DNA of 64,000 bases from an uncultured Acidobacteriota bacterium (GTDB lineage Bacteria > Acidobacteriota > Thermoanaerobaculia > Multivoradales > UBA5704): assembly GCA_963700145.1 (NCBI GenBank), contig OY969474.1, positions 2,336,001-2,400,000 on the forward strand, read 5' to 3'. The notes under the pieces were generated by a model. That model saw nothing but the letters and a program-made list of their open reading frames with translations, did no database searches and was not told the origin of the DNA. This document shows positions 20,829 to 31,760 of this stretch, piece after piece. The translations under genes and the position numbers were made by a program. Each line of letters begins with the position of its first letter. The first letter of the stretch is position 1.

Positions 20829-22361
20829 ATGACCGACGACCTTTTCACCGCCCGCGACCGCGAGCAGATGGGTGCGCTCGGCATCGCCCCGCACGAGGCG
20901 GCGCGCCAGGTCGCGCTCTTCCGCCGGCCGCCGCCGCCGGCGCGCCTGCTGCGGCCGTGCACCACCGGCGACGGCATCCGCGTCCTGCCCGAGCGGCTGC
21001 AGCCGCGCCTCGTCGACGCCGCCGCGCGCGCCGGCGCGGCGGGCCGGATCGGGCGGTTCGTCCCCGCCTCCGGCGCCGCGACGCGCATGTTCAAGCCGCT
21101 CCTCGCCGATCAAGCCGGCGGCGAGGAGACCGACGAGGTGCGCCGCTTCTTCGCCGAGCTGCCGCGCTTCCCCTTCTTCGACGCGCTCGCGCAGGTGGCG
21201 CGGGAGCGCGGCATCGACGTCGCCGGCGACCTGCCGCCGGAGGCTCGCCGGGCGGTCGTCGATCTGCTGCTCGGGCCGGAGGGGCTGGGCTACGCCGAGC
21301 TGCCGAAGGGGTTGATCCCCTTCCACCGCACGGCGGGCGGCGTGCGGACGCCGGTCGAGGAGCACTTGGTCGAGGCCGCTCTCGTCATCGGCCGGCGCGC
21401 CGGGGTGTGCCGCGTCCACTTCACCGTCTCCCCCGAGCACGAGGGGCGCTTCCGCGACGTGGTCGAGCGGGTGCGGCCGGAGCTCGAGAGGCTCTCCCGC
21501 ACCCGCTTCGAGGTGACCTTCTCGCACCAGGGCCGCGCCACCGACACGCTGGCCGTCGACCTCGAGGACCGGCCCTTCCGCCTCGCCGACGGCGGCCTCC
21601 TCTTCCGCCCGGCGGGGCATGGCGCGCTCCTCGGGAACCTGCAGGCGCTCGCCGGCGCCGGCTGGGACCTCGTCCAGGTCAAGAACATCGACAACGTGCT
21701 CCCCGACGCCGGCAAGTACCCGGTGGTGCGCTGGAAGCGGCTGCTCACCGGCTTGCTGGCGACGTTGGGGGAGCGGGCGGCCGAGATCGCGGCGCGGCTG
21801 GAGCGGGCCGGCGCGGGGGAGGCGGAGCGGGCGGCGGCAGAGCGCTTCCTCGCCGAGGAGCTCGACCGCCCCTTGCCGCAGGGCCTTGCCGCCCTTCCGC
21901 CCGAGGAGCGCCGGCACCGCCTCCTCGACCTCCTCGACCGCCCGCTCCGCGTCTGCGGCGTGGTGCGCAACGCCGGCGAGCCGGGCGGCGGGCCGTTCTG
22001 GGTCGAGAGCGCGGACGGCGAGGCCTCCGCCCAGATCGTCGAGACCTCGCAGGTCGATCCGAGCGACCCGGCCCAGCGGGCGATCCACGCGGCGGCCACC
22101 CACTTCAACCCGGTGGACCTGCACTGCACGCTCCGCGACCGCCGTGGCCGCCCCTACGACCTCGACCGCTACGTGGACCCCTCGACGGTCTTCATCTCCA
22201 CCAAGTCCCACGAAGGCCGCCCGCTCAAAGCCCTCGAGCGCCCCGGCCTCTGGAACGGGGCGATGGCCGGCTGGAACACCGTCTTCGTCGAGGTGCCCCT
22301 CGCGACCTTCGCCCCGGTCAAGACCGTCTTCGACCTGCTCCGCCCCGAGCACCAGGGCTAG
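20829..22361 (+). CDS. DUF4301 family protein
   Basis: FVPASGAATRMFK, FRPAGHGALL, KNIDNV, GEPGGGPFW, ALERPGLWNGAM, FAPVKTVFDLL. Confidence 0.85.
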   Translation: MTDDLFTARDREQMGALGIAPHEAARQVALFRRPPPPARLLRPCTTGDGIRVLPERLQPRLVDAAARAGAAGRIGRFVPASGAATRMFKPLLADQAGGEETDEVRRFFAELPRFPFFDALAQVARERGIDVAGDLPPEARRAVVDLLLGPEGLGYAELPKGLIPFHRTAGGVRTPVEEHLVEAALVIGRRAGVCRVHFTVSPEHEGRFRDVVERVRPELERLSRTRFEVTFSHQGRATDTLAVDLEDRPFRLADGGLLFRPAGHGALLGNLQALAGAGWDLVQVKNIDNVLPDAGKYPVVRWKRLLTGLLATLGERAAEIAARLERAGAGEAERAAAERFLAEELDRPLPQGLAALPPEERRHRLLDLLDRPLRVCGVVRNAGEPGGGPFWVESADGEASAQIVETSQVDPSDPAQRAIHAAATHFNPVDLHCTLRDRRGRPYDLDRYVDPSTVFISTKSHEGRPLKALERPGLWNGAMAGWNTVFVEVPLATFAPVKTVFDLLRPEHQG

Positions 22362-22384
22362 CAGGCAACTTCACCGACTTCCAG

Positions 22385-23646
22385 CTACCGGCAGGTCTTC
22401 GCTCCCGGCTTGCCCTTGCACCGGTTCGAGCAGCACTGGACGTTGTCCGTGCACGGCTGCCCGGGGTCGAGGCAGCCCGGCCCGCCGCCGCAGTTGGGGT
22501 CGGTGCCGGACAGCGAGTAGACCAGCAGGTTGGGCGTGCCGGTGCCCGGGCTGGTGATCACGTTGCAGGTCGCCCGCGCGGTGATCTCCTGCCTGACCTG
22601 GCCGACCGTGAATCCCGGGAACTCGTCGCGCACCAGGGCCGCCACGCCGGCCACGTGCGGCGACGCCATCGAGGTGCCGCTGATGGTGTTGGTGGCCGTG
22701 TCGGAGGTGTTCCAGGCCGAGGTGATGGCGCTGCCCGGGCCGAAGATCTCGACGCAGGTGCCGAAGTTGGAGAACGACGACCGGGCGTCGGTGATGGTGC
22801 TGGAGGCCACGCAGTAGGCCTGCGCGGCGCGGGCCGGCGAGAAGTTGCAGGCGTCGGCGTTGTTGTTGGCTGCCGCGACGGCGTAGAACACACCGGCCGC
22901 CACCGAGTTATTGACCGCGTCGTCGAGGGACTGGGTGGCACCGCCGGCGAGGCTCATGTTGGCCACCGACAGCGGGTGCGCCCCGGCCTGCCCGGTGACG
23001 AAGTCGACGCCGCGATGACCCCGGCAAGTCCCGGAGCCGCCGCAGTCGAGGCCGCCGCGTGGATGCGGGCGTTCTTGGCCACGCCGAAGCTGGCTCCGGC
23101 CGTCGTGCCGGCGACGTGCGTGCCGTGGCCGTTGCAGTCGTTGCCGTTCTGGCCGTCGCCGACCGAGTCGAAGTCCTTGGTCGCCCGGCCGCCGAAGTCG
23201 ACGTGGGTCGAGCGGATGCCGGTGTCGATGATCCAGACGTCCACGCCGGTGCCGTCGAAGTTGTAGGTGTAGCTGTTGTCGAGCGGCAGGGCCCGCTGGT
23301 CGATGCGGTCGAGGCCCCACGAGGGGGGGTTGGTCTGCGTCACGACGATCCTCACGACGCCGTCCTCCTCGACCCGGAGGACGTTGGGGTTGTTGGCCAG
23401 CGCCCGGGCGGCGGCGTCCGAGAGGCCGACGAACAGCGCGCCGTTGAGGGCGTAGCGGTAGGTGAAGCGGACGGTGGCACCGTGGGACGCGGCCAGGGAC
23501 TGGGCCACCTGGCTCGCCGGTGAGCCGGCGTTGAAGACCACGATGTGCTGGCCGGGGACTCGCTCGGCCGCCGCGGGGAGGAACTCCCCCGCGAACGCAG
23601 CGGTCGCCAGGGCCCCCAGCACGAGGGCGACGGAAAATGCTTTCAT
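22385..23646 (-). CDS. Secreted S8 serine protease (aqualysin/proteinase K-like); several indels near 22990-23060
   Basis: Signal and I9-like propeptide, WGLDRIDQR, IIDTG, NGHGTHVAG, SGTSMASPHVAG split across frames. Confidence 0.85.
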
Positions 23647-23799
23647 GGCGGTTCTCTCCTATCGAGAAGTGGACGAAAATGCCCCGGGAGGGGCTTCCCT
23701 CTATTAAGGTGCCCGCCGCGCCCGCAGCCGAGACGCTCCTAAGGTTTTACTAAAGGATCAGGTCGAGGAGGAGGCCGCTGACCTCCCTAGACGCGAGCC

Positions 23800-25128
23800 C
23801 TAGTACTCCGCCAGGTACCGCTCCTGCTCCCAGGGGTGGACGTGCGAGATGTACTCCTCCCACTCCTGCCGCTTGGCGCGGAGGTAGTGCTCGAGGATGT
23901 GCTCGCCCAGGGCTTCGCTGACGACCGCGTCCTTCTCCAGCTCGCCGAGCGCCTCCCAGAGGTTGGCGGGGAGCTGGCCGATGCGCAGGCGGCGCTTCTC
24001 GCGGTGGCTCATGGTGAAGATGTTCTTGTTGATCGGCGGGCCCGGGTCGAGCTTCCGCTTGACGCCGTCGAGCCCTGCCGCCAGCATCACCGCCAGCGCG
24101 AGATACGGGTTGCACGCCGGGTCGGGCATGCGCACCTCGCAGCGCGTGGACATGCCGCGCTTGGCCGGCACGCGCACCAGCGGGCTGCGGTTCTTCTCCG
24201 ACCAGGCGACGTTGACCGGCGCTTCGTACCCCGGGACCAGCCGCTTGTAGGAGTTGACCAGCGGGTTGGTGACGGCCGAGAAGGCGACGGCGTGGTCGAG
24301 GATGCCGCCGATGTAGCCGAGCGCGGTCTTCGAGAGCTGCCACTCCCCCTTCGGCTCGTAGAAGGCGTTGTTCCCCTTCTTATCGAGCAGGCTCTGGTGG
24401 CAGTGCATGCCCGAGCCGTTGACGCCGAAGATCGGCTTCGGCATGAAGGTGGCGTGGAGGTTGTGGTCGAGCGCCACCTTCTTGACCACGAAGCGGAAGG
24501 TGGTGACGTTGTCGGCGCAGGCCACCGCGTCGGCGTACTTGAAGTCGATCTCGTGCTGCCCGGGCGCCACCTCATGGTGCCCGGCCTCGACCTCGAACCC
24601 CATCGCCTCGAGCACGATGATGATGTCGCGCCGGCACTCCTCGCCCTTGTCCACCGGCGTCAGGTCGAAGTAGCCGCCGGCGTCGTGGGTCTCGATCAGC
24701 GGGTTGCCGTTGGCGTCGCGCTGGAAGAGGAAGAACTCGGCCTCGGGGCCGGCGACCATCGAGTAGCCCATCGCCTTGGCGCGGTCGACCTGGCGCTTCA
24801 GGGTCATCCGCGGGCAGCCGGGGAACGGCGTGCCGTCCGGGTTGTAGACGTCGCAGATCATCCGCGCCACCTTCGAGCCGTCGGCGTTGACCCAGGGGTT
24901 GATGCGGAAGGTGTCGAGGTCGGGGATCAGCAGCATGTCCGACTCTTCGATGCGGGTGAAGCCTTCGATCGAGGAGCCGTCGAACATGATCTGCCCGTCC
25001 AGCGCCTTCTCGAACTGGCTGCGCGGGATCTCGACGTTCTTGCCGATCCCGAGGATGTCGGTGAACTGCAACCGCATGAAGCGGACCCCTTGACTGTCGG
25101 CTTTGCTGAGGATCTCCTTGGCCGTCAC
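23800..25128 (-). CDS. glnA: Glutamine synthetase type I
   Basis: [50 protein letters not shown]. Confidence 0.97.
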   Translation of the reverse strand: MTAKEILSKADSQGVRFMRLQFTDILGIGKNVEIPRSQFEKALDGQIMFDGSSIEGFTRIEESDMLLIPDLDTFRINPWVNADGSKVARMICDVYNPDGTPFPGCPRMTLKRQVDRAKAMGYSMVAGPEAEFFLFQRDANGNPLIETHDAGGYFDLTPVDKGEECRRDIIIVLEAMGFEVEAGHHEVAPGQHEIDFKYADAVACADNVTTFRFVVKKVALDHNLHATFMPKPIFGVNGSGMHCHQSLLDKKGNNAFYEPKGEWQLSKTALGYIGGILDHAVAFSAVTNPLVNSYKRLVPGYEAPVNVAWSEKNRSPLVRVPAKRGMSTRCEVRMPDPACNPYLALAVMLAAGLDGVKRKLDPGPPINKNIFTMSHREKRRLRIGQLPANLWEALGELEKDAVVSEALGEHILEHYLRAKRQEWEEYISHVHPWEQERYLAEY

Positions 25129-25157
25129 GTTGGTCTCCTGTAGACGTCGTTTGCGGC

Positions 25158-25186
25158 ATCATAGGAGGCCCCTGTCCCCACCGCAA
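25158..25186 (-). promoter_or_regulatory. Sigma70-like promoter of glnA
   Basis: TTGCGG-N17-TATGAT on the minus strand. Confidence 0.6.
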
Positions 25187-25317
25187 GGCTTGATTTCCGC
25201 GAACTGACGCGGAAAGTGTGCACAATCTGCACAAACTTCGTGTCACCGTGAAGGGCCGGGCGGGCACAATCGCTATGCTATCCTCCGTCCGGTCTTGCGG
25301 TCCCTGAGAGGAGAGCC

Positions 25318-25671
25318 ATGGAAGGTGAGGCGTTGAAGCTGCCCGCTTCGCGGTTGCCGTCGCTTGACCGCCTGCGCGCCTTGAAGCCCCCCAAGCCGAA
25401 GCGCTGGGACTGGGCGGCGATCGGCATCCTGCTCGCCGGGGTGGTCCTCACGGGCGCCAACCTGCTGCTCGCCCGGGGCGACGAGCCGGCGCCGGCGGGC
25501 GTGTCGATGCTCTTCGTCTTCCTGCAGCTCGTCGTGGCCTCCGCCGGGCTGCTGGTCCTGGGCAAGACCGCCAAGGAGGGGACGGGGCTCGGGAACCTCG
25601 CGGCCATCGGCGCGATGTTCGTCGGGCTGGGCGGCGTGATGCTCGCCGCCGCGCTCTGGGCGATGGCCTAG
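25318..25671 (+). CDS. Hypothetical membrane protein (3 TM)
   Basis: GGAG RBS, GC-rich third positions, three hydrophobic segments. Confidence 0.65.
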   Translation: MEGEALKLPASRLPSLDRLRALKPPKPKRWDWAAIGILLAGVVLTGANLLLARGDEPAPAGVSMLFVFLQLVVASAGLLVLGKTAKEGTGLGNLAAIGAMFVGLGGVMLAAALWAMA

Positions 25672-25717
25672 CGCCGTTCGCCCATCCATCCCCCTCGCCG
25701 CCCGCGTAGAGAAAGCC

Positions 25718-26428
25718 GTGGCAGGCGCGCCTTCCCGATCCACCAAGAAGCTCGTCCTCTACGCCCTCGCCGGCGTCGTGGCGCTCGCCGCGCTCTTCCT
25801 GCTCGGCAGCAAGGTCGGGGACGTCCTCCCCCGCTTCACCGCCTGGGTGCAGGGGCTCGGGGTCTGGGGGCCGGTGGCCTACATCGCCGGCTACGTCCTG
25901 GCCACGATCCTCTTCGCCCCCGGCGTCATCCTCACCCTCGCCTCGGGCGTCATCTTCGGGCTCTTCTGGGGGACGGTCTACACCGTGATCGGCGCCACCC
26001 TGGGCGCCGCCTGCTCCTTCCTCATCGCGCGCTACCTGGCGCGCGGCTTCGTCGAGCGGCGGCTCGCCGACCGGCCGCGCTTCCAGGCTATCGACCGCGC
26101 CGTCGGCCGGCAGGGGTTCAAGATCGTCTTCCTGATGCGCCTGTCGCCGGTCTTCCCCTACAACCTCTTGAACTACGCCCTCGGGCTCACCCGCGTGCGC
26201 TTCAGCGACTACCTCCTCGCCTGCGTCGGCATGATCCCGGGCACCATCCTCTACGTCTACTACGGCAAGGCGCTCGGCAGTCTCGCCGCCGTGGCCTCCG
26301 GCGCCGAAGTGCAGAAGGGGGCGGAGTTCTGGGTCTTCCCGGGGCTTGGGCTGGTGGCGACGATCGCCGTGACGACCTACATCACCCGCATCGCGGGGCG
26401 CGCGCTGCGCCAGGAGATCGAGCGGTGA
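25718..26428 (+). CDS. TVP38/TMEM64 (DedA superfamily) membrane protein
   Basis: GATLGAACSFLIARYL and RLSPVFPYNLLNYALG motifs. Confidence 0.9.
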   Translation: MAGAPSRSTKKLVLYALAGVVALAALFLLGSKVGDVLPRFTAWVQGLGVWGPVAYIAGYVLATILFAPGVILTLASGVIFGLFWGTVYTVIGATLGAACSFLIARYLARGFVERRLADRPRFQAIDRAVGRQGFKIVFLMRLSPVFPYNLLNYALGLTRVRFSDYLLACVGMIPGTILYVYYGKALGSLAAVASGAEVQKGAEFWVFPGLGLVATIAVTTYITRIAGRALRQEIER

Positions 26429-27948
26429 GCGAGGCCGCCCCGCTCATCGAGCCCCTCGACGAGCACAACCGGACGCTGATCGAGCACGTCCACCCGCCGG
26501 GCTGGATCAACCCCCGGCCGGCGGCGCGCTACCACCTGGTCGCGGTGGGCGGCGGCACGGCGGGTCTCGTGTCGGCGGCGGGCGCCGCCGGGCTCGGGGC
26601 GCGGGCGGCGCTCGTCGAGCGGTACCTCATGGGGGGCGACTGCCTCAACGTCGGCTGCGTCCCTTCGAAGGCGGTGATCCGCGCCGCCCGCGCCTGGAAG
26701 GAGGCGCGCGAGGCGGCGCGGGAGTTCGGCGGGCCGGCCGCGTCCGGCGGGGGAAGCTTCGCTGCGGCGATGGAGCGGATGCGCCGGCTGCGCGCCGGCA
26801 TCAGCGCCCACGACGGCGCCCGCCGCTTCCAGGGCCTCGGGGTGGACGTCTTCCTGGGCGAGGGGCGCTTCGTCTCGCCCGAGGAGGTCGAGGTGGACGG
26901 CGCCCGCCTCCGCTTCCGCCGCGCCGTCATCGCGACCGGCGGCCGGGCGGCGGTGCCGCCGGTGCCGGGCTTGAAGGAAGCCGGCTACCTCACCAACGAG
27001 ACCGTCTTCTCGCTGACCGACCTGCCCGCCCGCTTCGCGGCCATCGGCGGCGGGCCGATCGGCTGCGAGCTGGCGCAGGCCTTCGCGCGCTTCGGCAGCC
27101 GGGTGACGGTCATCGACATCGCCCCCAAGCTCCTGCCGCGCGAGGACGCCGACGCCGCGGCACTCGTGCAGGCGGCGATGGCCGCCGACGGCATCGCCTT
27201 CGAGCTGGGCGTCAAGATCGCCGAGGTGCGGCGCGGCGAGGGCGGCAAGACCTTGGTCCTCGAGCGCGCCGGCGGCGAGCGGGTGGAGGTCGCGGCCGAC
27301 GAGATTCTGGTCTCGGCCGGCCGGGCGCCGAACGTCGAGGGGTTGGGGCTCGAGGCGGCGGGCGTGCGCTACGGCAAGAAGGGCGTGGAGGTGGACGACC
27401 GCCTCCGCACCAGCAACCCGCGCATCTACGCCGCCGGCGATGTGGCCTCGAAGTACCAGTTCACCCACGTCGCCGACGCCACCGCCCGCATCGTGCTGCA
27501 GAACGCCCTCTTCTTCGGCCGATCGAAGGCGAGCGCGCTGGTCGTGCCCTGGGTGACCTACACCAGCCCCGAGGTCGCGCACGTCGGCCTCTACGAGCAG
27601 GAAGCGAAGGAGGCCGGGCACGAGGTCGAGACGCTGACCGTGCCGCTCTCCGGGGTGGACCGCGCGATCCTCGACGGCGCCGACGAGGGGTTCCTGCGCC
27701 TCCACCTGCTGAAGGGAAGCGACCGCATCCTCGGCGCCACCCTCGTCGCCGAGCACGCCGGCGACATGCTCGGCGAGCTCTGCCTGGCCGTCACCCACCA
27801 GGTCGGCCTGGGCAAGATCGCCGGCGTCATCCACCCCTATCCCACTCAGGGCGAGGTGGTCAAAAAAGCCGCCGACACCTGGCGCCGCGGCAAGCTCACC
27901 CCGGGCGTCCAGAAGCTCTTCGCCCGCTGGTTCAGGGTCTTCAAGTAG
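26425..27948 (+). CDS. Pyridine nucleotide-disulfide oxidoreductase (MerA/dihydrolipoamide dehydrogenase-like)
   Basis: GGGTAG, GGDCLNVGCVPSK, GGGPIGCE, IHPYPT; no C-terminal Cys-Cys pair. Confidence 0.88.
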   Translation: MSEAAPLIEPLDEHNRTLIEHVHPPGWINPRPAARYHLVAVGGGTAGLVSAAGAAGLGARAALVERYLMGGDCLNVGCVPSKAVIRAARAWKEAREAAREFGGPAASGGGSFAAAMERMRRLRAGISAHDGARRFQGLGVDVFLGEGRFVSPEEVEVDGARLRFRRAVIATGGRAAVPPVPGLKEAGYLTNETVFSLTDLPARFAAIGGGPIGCELAQAFARFGSRVTVIDIAPKLLPREDADAAALVQAAMAADGIAFELGVKIAEVRRGEGGKTLVLERAGGERVEVAADEILVSAGRAPNVEGLGLEAAGVRYGKKGVEVDDRLRTSNPRIYAAGDVASKYQFTHVADATARIVLQNALFFGRSKASALVVPWVTYTSPEVAHVGLYEQEAKEAGHEVETLTVPLSGVDRAILDGADEGFLRLHLLKGSDRILGATLVAEHAGDMLGELCLAVTHQVGLGKIAGVIHPYPTQGEVVKKAADTWRRGKLTPGVQKLFARWFRVFK

Positions 27949-27956
27949 GCGCCAAG

Positions 27957-27992
27957 AAAAAAGGCCGCCCGGCGCGCACGTAACCGGGCGGC
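27957..27992 (-). terminator. Rho-independent terminator downstream of sdhCAB
   Basis: Minus strand GCCGCCCGG...CCGGGCGGC followed by CTTTTTT. Confidence 0.7.
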
Positions 27993-28125
27993 TGGGGCCG
28001 CCGGTCCGGCGCGCCTCTGGAGGGCGCCCGGACCGCTCGGGTGACACACAAGGCGATTCCACTCTCGGCTTGAAGCGAGAGCGGGGCAATGAGGAGAAGC
28101 CCTCAGTCAGAGGCGGAAGCTCCCC

Positions 28126-28884
28126 TCAGCGGCGCGGTACCACGCCGCGCAGCTTGGCCTTGAGGTAGTCGCGATTCATCCGCGCGATAAAGTCGATCGA
28201 GATCCCCTTCGGGCAGACGGCCTCGCACTCGGCGAAGTTCGAGCAGGCGCCGAAGCCTTCCGTCTCCATCGCCTCGACCATCGCCACCGCGCGCTCGAAG
28301 CGCTCGGGCTGGCCCTGCGGCAGGAGGCCGAGGTGCGAGACCTTGGCCGAGGTGAAGAGCTGCGCCGCGCCGTTCGGGCACTGCGCGACACAGGCGCCGC
28401 AACCGATGCACTCGGCGGCGTCGAAGGCGCGGTCGGCGACCCCCTTGGGGACCGGCACGATGTTGGCCTCGGGGGCGCTGCCGGTCGAGACCGAGATGAA
28501 GCCGCCGGCCTGGATCACCCGGTCGAAGGCGCCGCGGTCCACCACCAAGTCGCGGAGCACCGGGAAGGCCTTCGCCCGCCAGGGCTCGATGTACAGCACG
28601 TCGCCGCTCTTGAAGTGCCGCATGTGGAGCTGGCAGACCGTCGTCTGCGGCAGCGGCCCGTGCGCCACGCCGTTGATGAGGAACCCGCAGGCGCCGCAGA
28701 TCCCTTCGCGGCAGTCGTGGTCGAAGGCGATCGGCTCCGCGCCGCGGGCGGCCAGCTCCTCGTTGACCACGTCGAGCATCTCGAGAAACGAGCTGTCCTC
28801 GTTGACGCCGCGCGCCTCGTAGCGCTCCATCCGCCCGGGCGCGCCGGGGCCCGCCTGCCGCCAGACGTAGAGCGTCAGGTCCAT
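28126..28884 (-). CDS. sdhB: Succinate dehydrogenase/fumarate reductase iron-sulfur subunit
   Basis: [33 protein letters not shown]. Confidence 0.95.
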   Translation of the reverse strand: MDLTLYVWRQAGPGAPGRMERYEARGVNEDSSFLEMLDVVNEELAARGAEPIAFDHDCREGICGACGFLINGVAHGPLPQTTVCQLHMRHFKSGDVLYIEPWRAKAFPVLRDLVVDRGAFDRVIQAGGFISVSTGSAPEANIVPVPKGVADRAFDAAECIGCGACVAQCPNGAAQLFTSAKVSHLGLLPQGQPERFERAVAMVEAMETEGFGACSNFAECEAVCPKGISIDFIARMNRDYLKAKLRGVVPRR

Positions 28885-30803
28885 CACTTGTAGCTCCTCC
28901 GGCTGGGCTCTACGAACTCGAAGGCGAGCGGCTCCTTGTGCAGCGCCGGCCGCCGCCCCTCGCCCTGCCACTCCCAGGCGGCAACGTAGGCGAAGCGGTC
29001 GTCGTCGCGCAGCGCCTCCCCCTCCGGCGTCTGGTGCTCCTCGCGGAAGTGGCCGCCGCACGACTCGTCGCGCTCCAGGGCGTCGAGGCACATCAGCTCG
29101 GCGAGCTCGAAGTAGTCGGCCACCCGCCCGGCGCGCTCCAGCTCCTGGTTCAATTCCTCGCCGCTCCCCTGGATGCGCACGTCTTGCCAGTAGCGCTCGC
29201 GCAGGGCCGCGATCTCCTCGCGACCGGCGGCGAGCCCTTGGGCGGTGCGCGAGATGCCGCAGCGGTCCCAGACGATCCGCCCCAGCTCGCGGTGGAAGGA
29301 ATCGACGCTGCGGCTCCCCTTGGCGGCGAGGAGGCGCTCGATCCGCCCGCGCGCTTCGGCCTCGGCGGCGGCGAAAGGCGCGCTCTCGGTCGAGAGCGGC
29401 TCGCCGAGCCGCCCCGCCAGGTCGTCGCCGATCGTGTAGGGGAGGACGAAGTAGCCGTCGGCCAGCCCCTGCATCAGCGCCGAAGCGCCGAGGCGGTTGG
29501 CGCCGTGGTCGGAGAAGTTCGCCTCGCCGAGGACGTAGAGTCCCGGCAGGTTGCTCATCAGGTTGTAGTCCACCCAGAGGCCGCCCATCGTGTAGTGCGG
29601 CGCCGGGTAGATGCGCATCGGCACCTCGTAGGGGTCCTCGCCGGTGATCTTCTGGTACATCTCGAAGAGGTTCCCGTAGCGCTCCTCGATGGTGCGCCGG
29701 CCGAGGCGCTGGATCGCGCCGGCGAAGTCGAGGTAGACGCCGTTCTTCTGGGGGCCGACGCCGCGCCCCTCGTCCACCACCCGCTTGGCGTTGCGCGCCG
29801 CGACGTCGCGCGGCACCAGGTTGCCGAAGGCCGGGTAGCGGCGCTCGAGGTAGTAGTCGCGCTCGCTCTCGGGGATCTGGCTGGGCGGCCGGGTGTCGCC
29901 CGGCTCGAGCGGCACCCAGATCCGCCCGTCGTTGCGCAGCGACTCGCTCATCAGCGTCAGCTTCGACTGGTAGTCGCCGGAGGCCGGGATGCAGGTCGGG
30001 TGGATCTGGGTGAAGCAGGGGTTGGCGAAGAGGGCGCCCTTCCGGTGCGCGCGCCAGATGGCGGTGACGTTCGAGCCCTTGGCGTTGGTCGAGAGGTAGT
30101 AGACGTTGCTGTAGCCGCCGGTCGCCAGCACCACCGCGTGCCCGGCGTGCCGCGCGAGCGCGCCGGTCACGAGGTCGCGGGTGACCAGGCCGCGGGCGCG
30201 GCCGTCGCCGTCGACGACCAGCTCCAGCATCTCGCTGCGCGGCACCATCTCGACCCGCCCCGAGGCGATCTCCTTGCACAGCGCCTGGTAGGCGCCGAGG
30301 AGGAGCTGCTGCCCGGTCTGGCCGCGGGCGTAGAAGGTGCGCGCCACCTGCGCGCCGCCGAAGGAGCGGTTGTCGAGGAGGCCCCCGTACTCGCGCGCGA
30401 AGGGGACGCCCTGCGCCACGCACTGGTCGATGATGTTGAGCGACAGCTCGGCCAGCCGGTAGACGTTCGCCTCGCGCGCCCGGAAGTCGCCCCCCTTGAT
30501 CGTGTCGTAGAAGAGCCGGAAGACGCTGTCGCCGTCGTTGTGGTAGTTCTTGGCGGCGTTGATCCCCCCCTGGGCGGCGATCGAGTGGGCGCGGCGCGGG
30601 CTGTCCTGGAAGCAGAAGCACTTCACGTGGTAGCCGAGCTCCGAGAGGCTCGCCGCGGCCGAGGCGCCGGCCAGCCCCGAGCCCACGACCAGCACCGTGA
30701 ACCGCCGCTTGTTGTTCGGGTTCACCAACCGCAGGTGGTCGCGGTGGCGGAGCCACTTGGTTTCGAGCGGCGGCCCCTGGGGGGCCTTGGCGTCGAGGAC
30801 CAT
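28884..30803 (-). CDS. sdhA: Succinate dehydrogenase/fumarate reductase flavoprotein subunit
   Basis: [31 protein letters not shown]. Confidence 0.95.
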   Translation of the reverse strand: MVLDAKAPQGPPLETKWLRHRDHLRLVNPNNKRRFTVLVVGSGLAGASAAASLSELGYHVKCFCFQDSPRRAHSIAAQGGINAAKNYHNDGDSVFRLFYDTIKGGDFRAREANVYRLAELSLNIIDQCVAQGVPFAREYGGLLDNRSFGGAQVARTFYARGQTGQQLLLGAYQALCKEIASGRVEMVPRSEMLELVVDGDGRARGLVTRDLVTGALARHAGHAVVLATGGYSNVYYLSTNAKGSNVTAIWRAHRKGALFANPCFTQIHPTCIPASGDYQSKLTLMSESLRNDGRIWVPLEPGDTRPPSQIPESERDYYLERRYPAFGNLVPRDVAARNAKRVVDEGRGVGPQKNGVYLDFAGAIQRLGRRTIEERYGNLFEMYQKITGEDPYEVPMRIYPAPHYTMGGLWVDYNLMSNLPGLYVLGEANFSDHGANRLGASALMQGLADGYFVLPYTIGDDLAGRLGEPLSTESAPFAAAEAEARGRIERLLAAKGSRSVDSFHRELGRIVWDRCGISRTAQGLAAGREEIAALRERYWQDVRIQGSGEELNQELERAGRVADYFELAELMCLDALERDESCGGHFREEHQTPEGEALRDDDRFAYVAAWEWQGEGRRPALHKEPLAFEFVEPSRRSYK

Positions 30804-30812
30804 GCCGGGTTC

Positions 30813-31505
30813 CTAGGGGCCGCTCTGGAGGGTGATGAGCCCGCTCCAGACGGCCAGCGGGAAGGAGAGGTTGCCGAGCGTGACGAGCCAGGCGAAGGCG
30901 GCGGCGAACCAGCGCCGCCAGCGGTTGTAGCGCGGGTGGTTCCAGCCCAGCGTCTGGAACATGCTCCAGAGCCCGTGGTAGAGGTGGAGCCCCAGCGCCA
31001 CCTGCGCCGCGGCGTAGAAGAGCGCCACCCACCAGACCCGCAGCCCGGTGACGACGTTGTGGTAGACCGCCCCGGGCATGAACCGCGGGTGCAGCGTGCC
31101 CGTCGTCAGGTGCAGCAGGTGGTAGACGATGAAGAGCAGCAGGATCACCCCGCCCCAGCGCATCGTCCGCGATGCGTAGCTCATCGCCACCGCGTCCCGC
31201 TTCTCGTACCCGACCGGCCGGGCGGCGTAGCTCATCCGCGTCAGCGCCCAAGCCGACCAGACGTGAAGCACGACGGCCACGAGCAGCACCGCGCGCACGA
31301 CCCAGAGCAACCCCTCCGGCGGCACCAGCGGCGACCCCACCTCGCGCAGGAACCCGGCATACGCATCGAGCTTCTGAGGCCCCTCGTAGAGCTTGAGGTT
31401 CCCCAGCATGTGGAGGAGGACGTACCCGAAGAGGACGATCCCGGAGACGGCCATCACCGCCTTCTTGCCGACGGCGGAGCGGGTGAGGTCGCGGAACCAG
31501 GACAT
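30813..31505 (-). CDS. sdhC: Succinate dehydrogenase cytochrome b subunit
   Basis: [10 protein letters not shown], multiple TM helices with His ligands; first gene of the operon. Confidence 0.93.
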   Translation of the reverse strand: MSWFRDLTRSAVGKKAVMAVSGIVLFGYVLLHMLGNLKLYEGPQKLDAYAGFLREVGSPLVPPEGLLWVVRAVLLVAVVLHVWSAWALTRMSYAARPVGYEKRDAVAMSYASRTMRWGGVILLLFIVYHLLHLTTGTLHPRFMPGAVYHNVVTGLRVWWVALFYAAAQVALGLHLYHGLWSMFQTLGWNHPRYNRWRRWFAAAFAWLVTLGNLSFPLAVWSGLITLQSGP

Positions 31506-31565
31506 GGGCGGGGCGTATCCTATCCGCGCATGGCGCGGACGCAGATGTCCTAGGCATCTAGACCG

Positions 31566-31760
31566 TCAGCGCCGGCCGAAAGCCAGGGCCGCCCGAATGT
31601 CCTCGCGCTCCAGGTAAGGGTAAGCCCGAAGGACTTCCTCTTCGGAGTGTCCCGCCGCGAGGAGGCCAAGGATGGTCTCGACGGCCACGCGCATTCCGCG
31701 GATGCAGGGCTTGCCTCCCATGACTTCCGGGTCTACGGTCACTCGCTCCAGCTCCTGCAT
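31566..31760 (-). CDS. DUF433 family protein (antitoxin-like), no partner toxin
   Basis: RVTVDPEVMGGKPCIRGMRVAV...YPYLEREDIRAAL. Confidence 0.88.
   Translation of the reverse strand: MQELERVTVDPEVMGGKPCIRGMRVAVETILGLLAAGHSEEEVLRAYPYLEREDIRAALAFGRR

Noticed and set aside
26425-27948. Mercury resistance gene merA
   Set aside because: Lacks the C-terminal Cys-Cys pair and NmerA domain; no mer operon genes nearby
28059-28084. tRNA-Sec (CTTCAA loop on the minus strand)
   Set aside because: No acceptor stem, TTC T-loop or CCA end could be built around it
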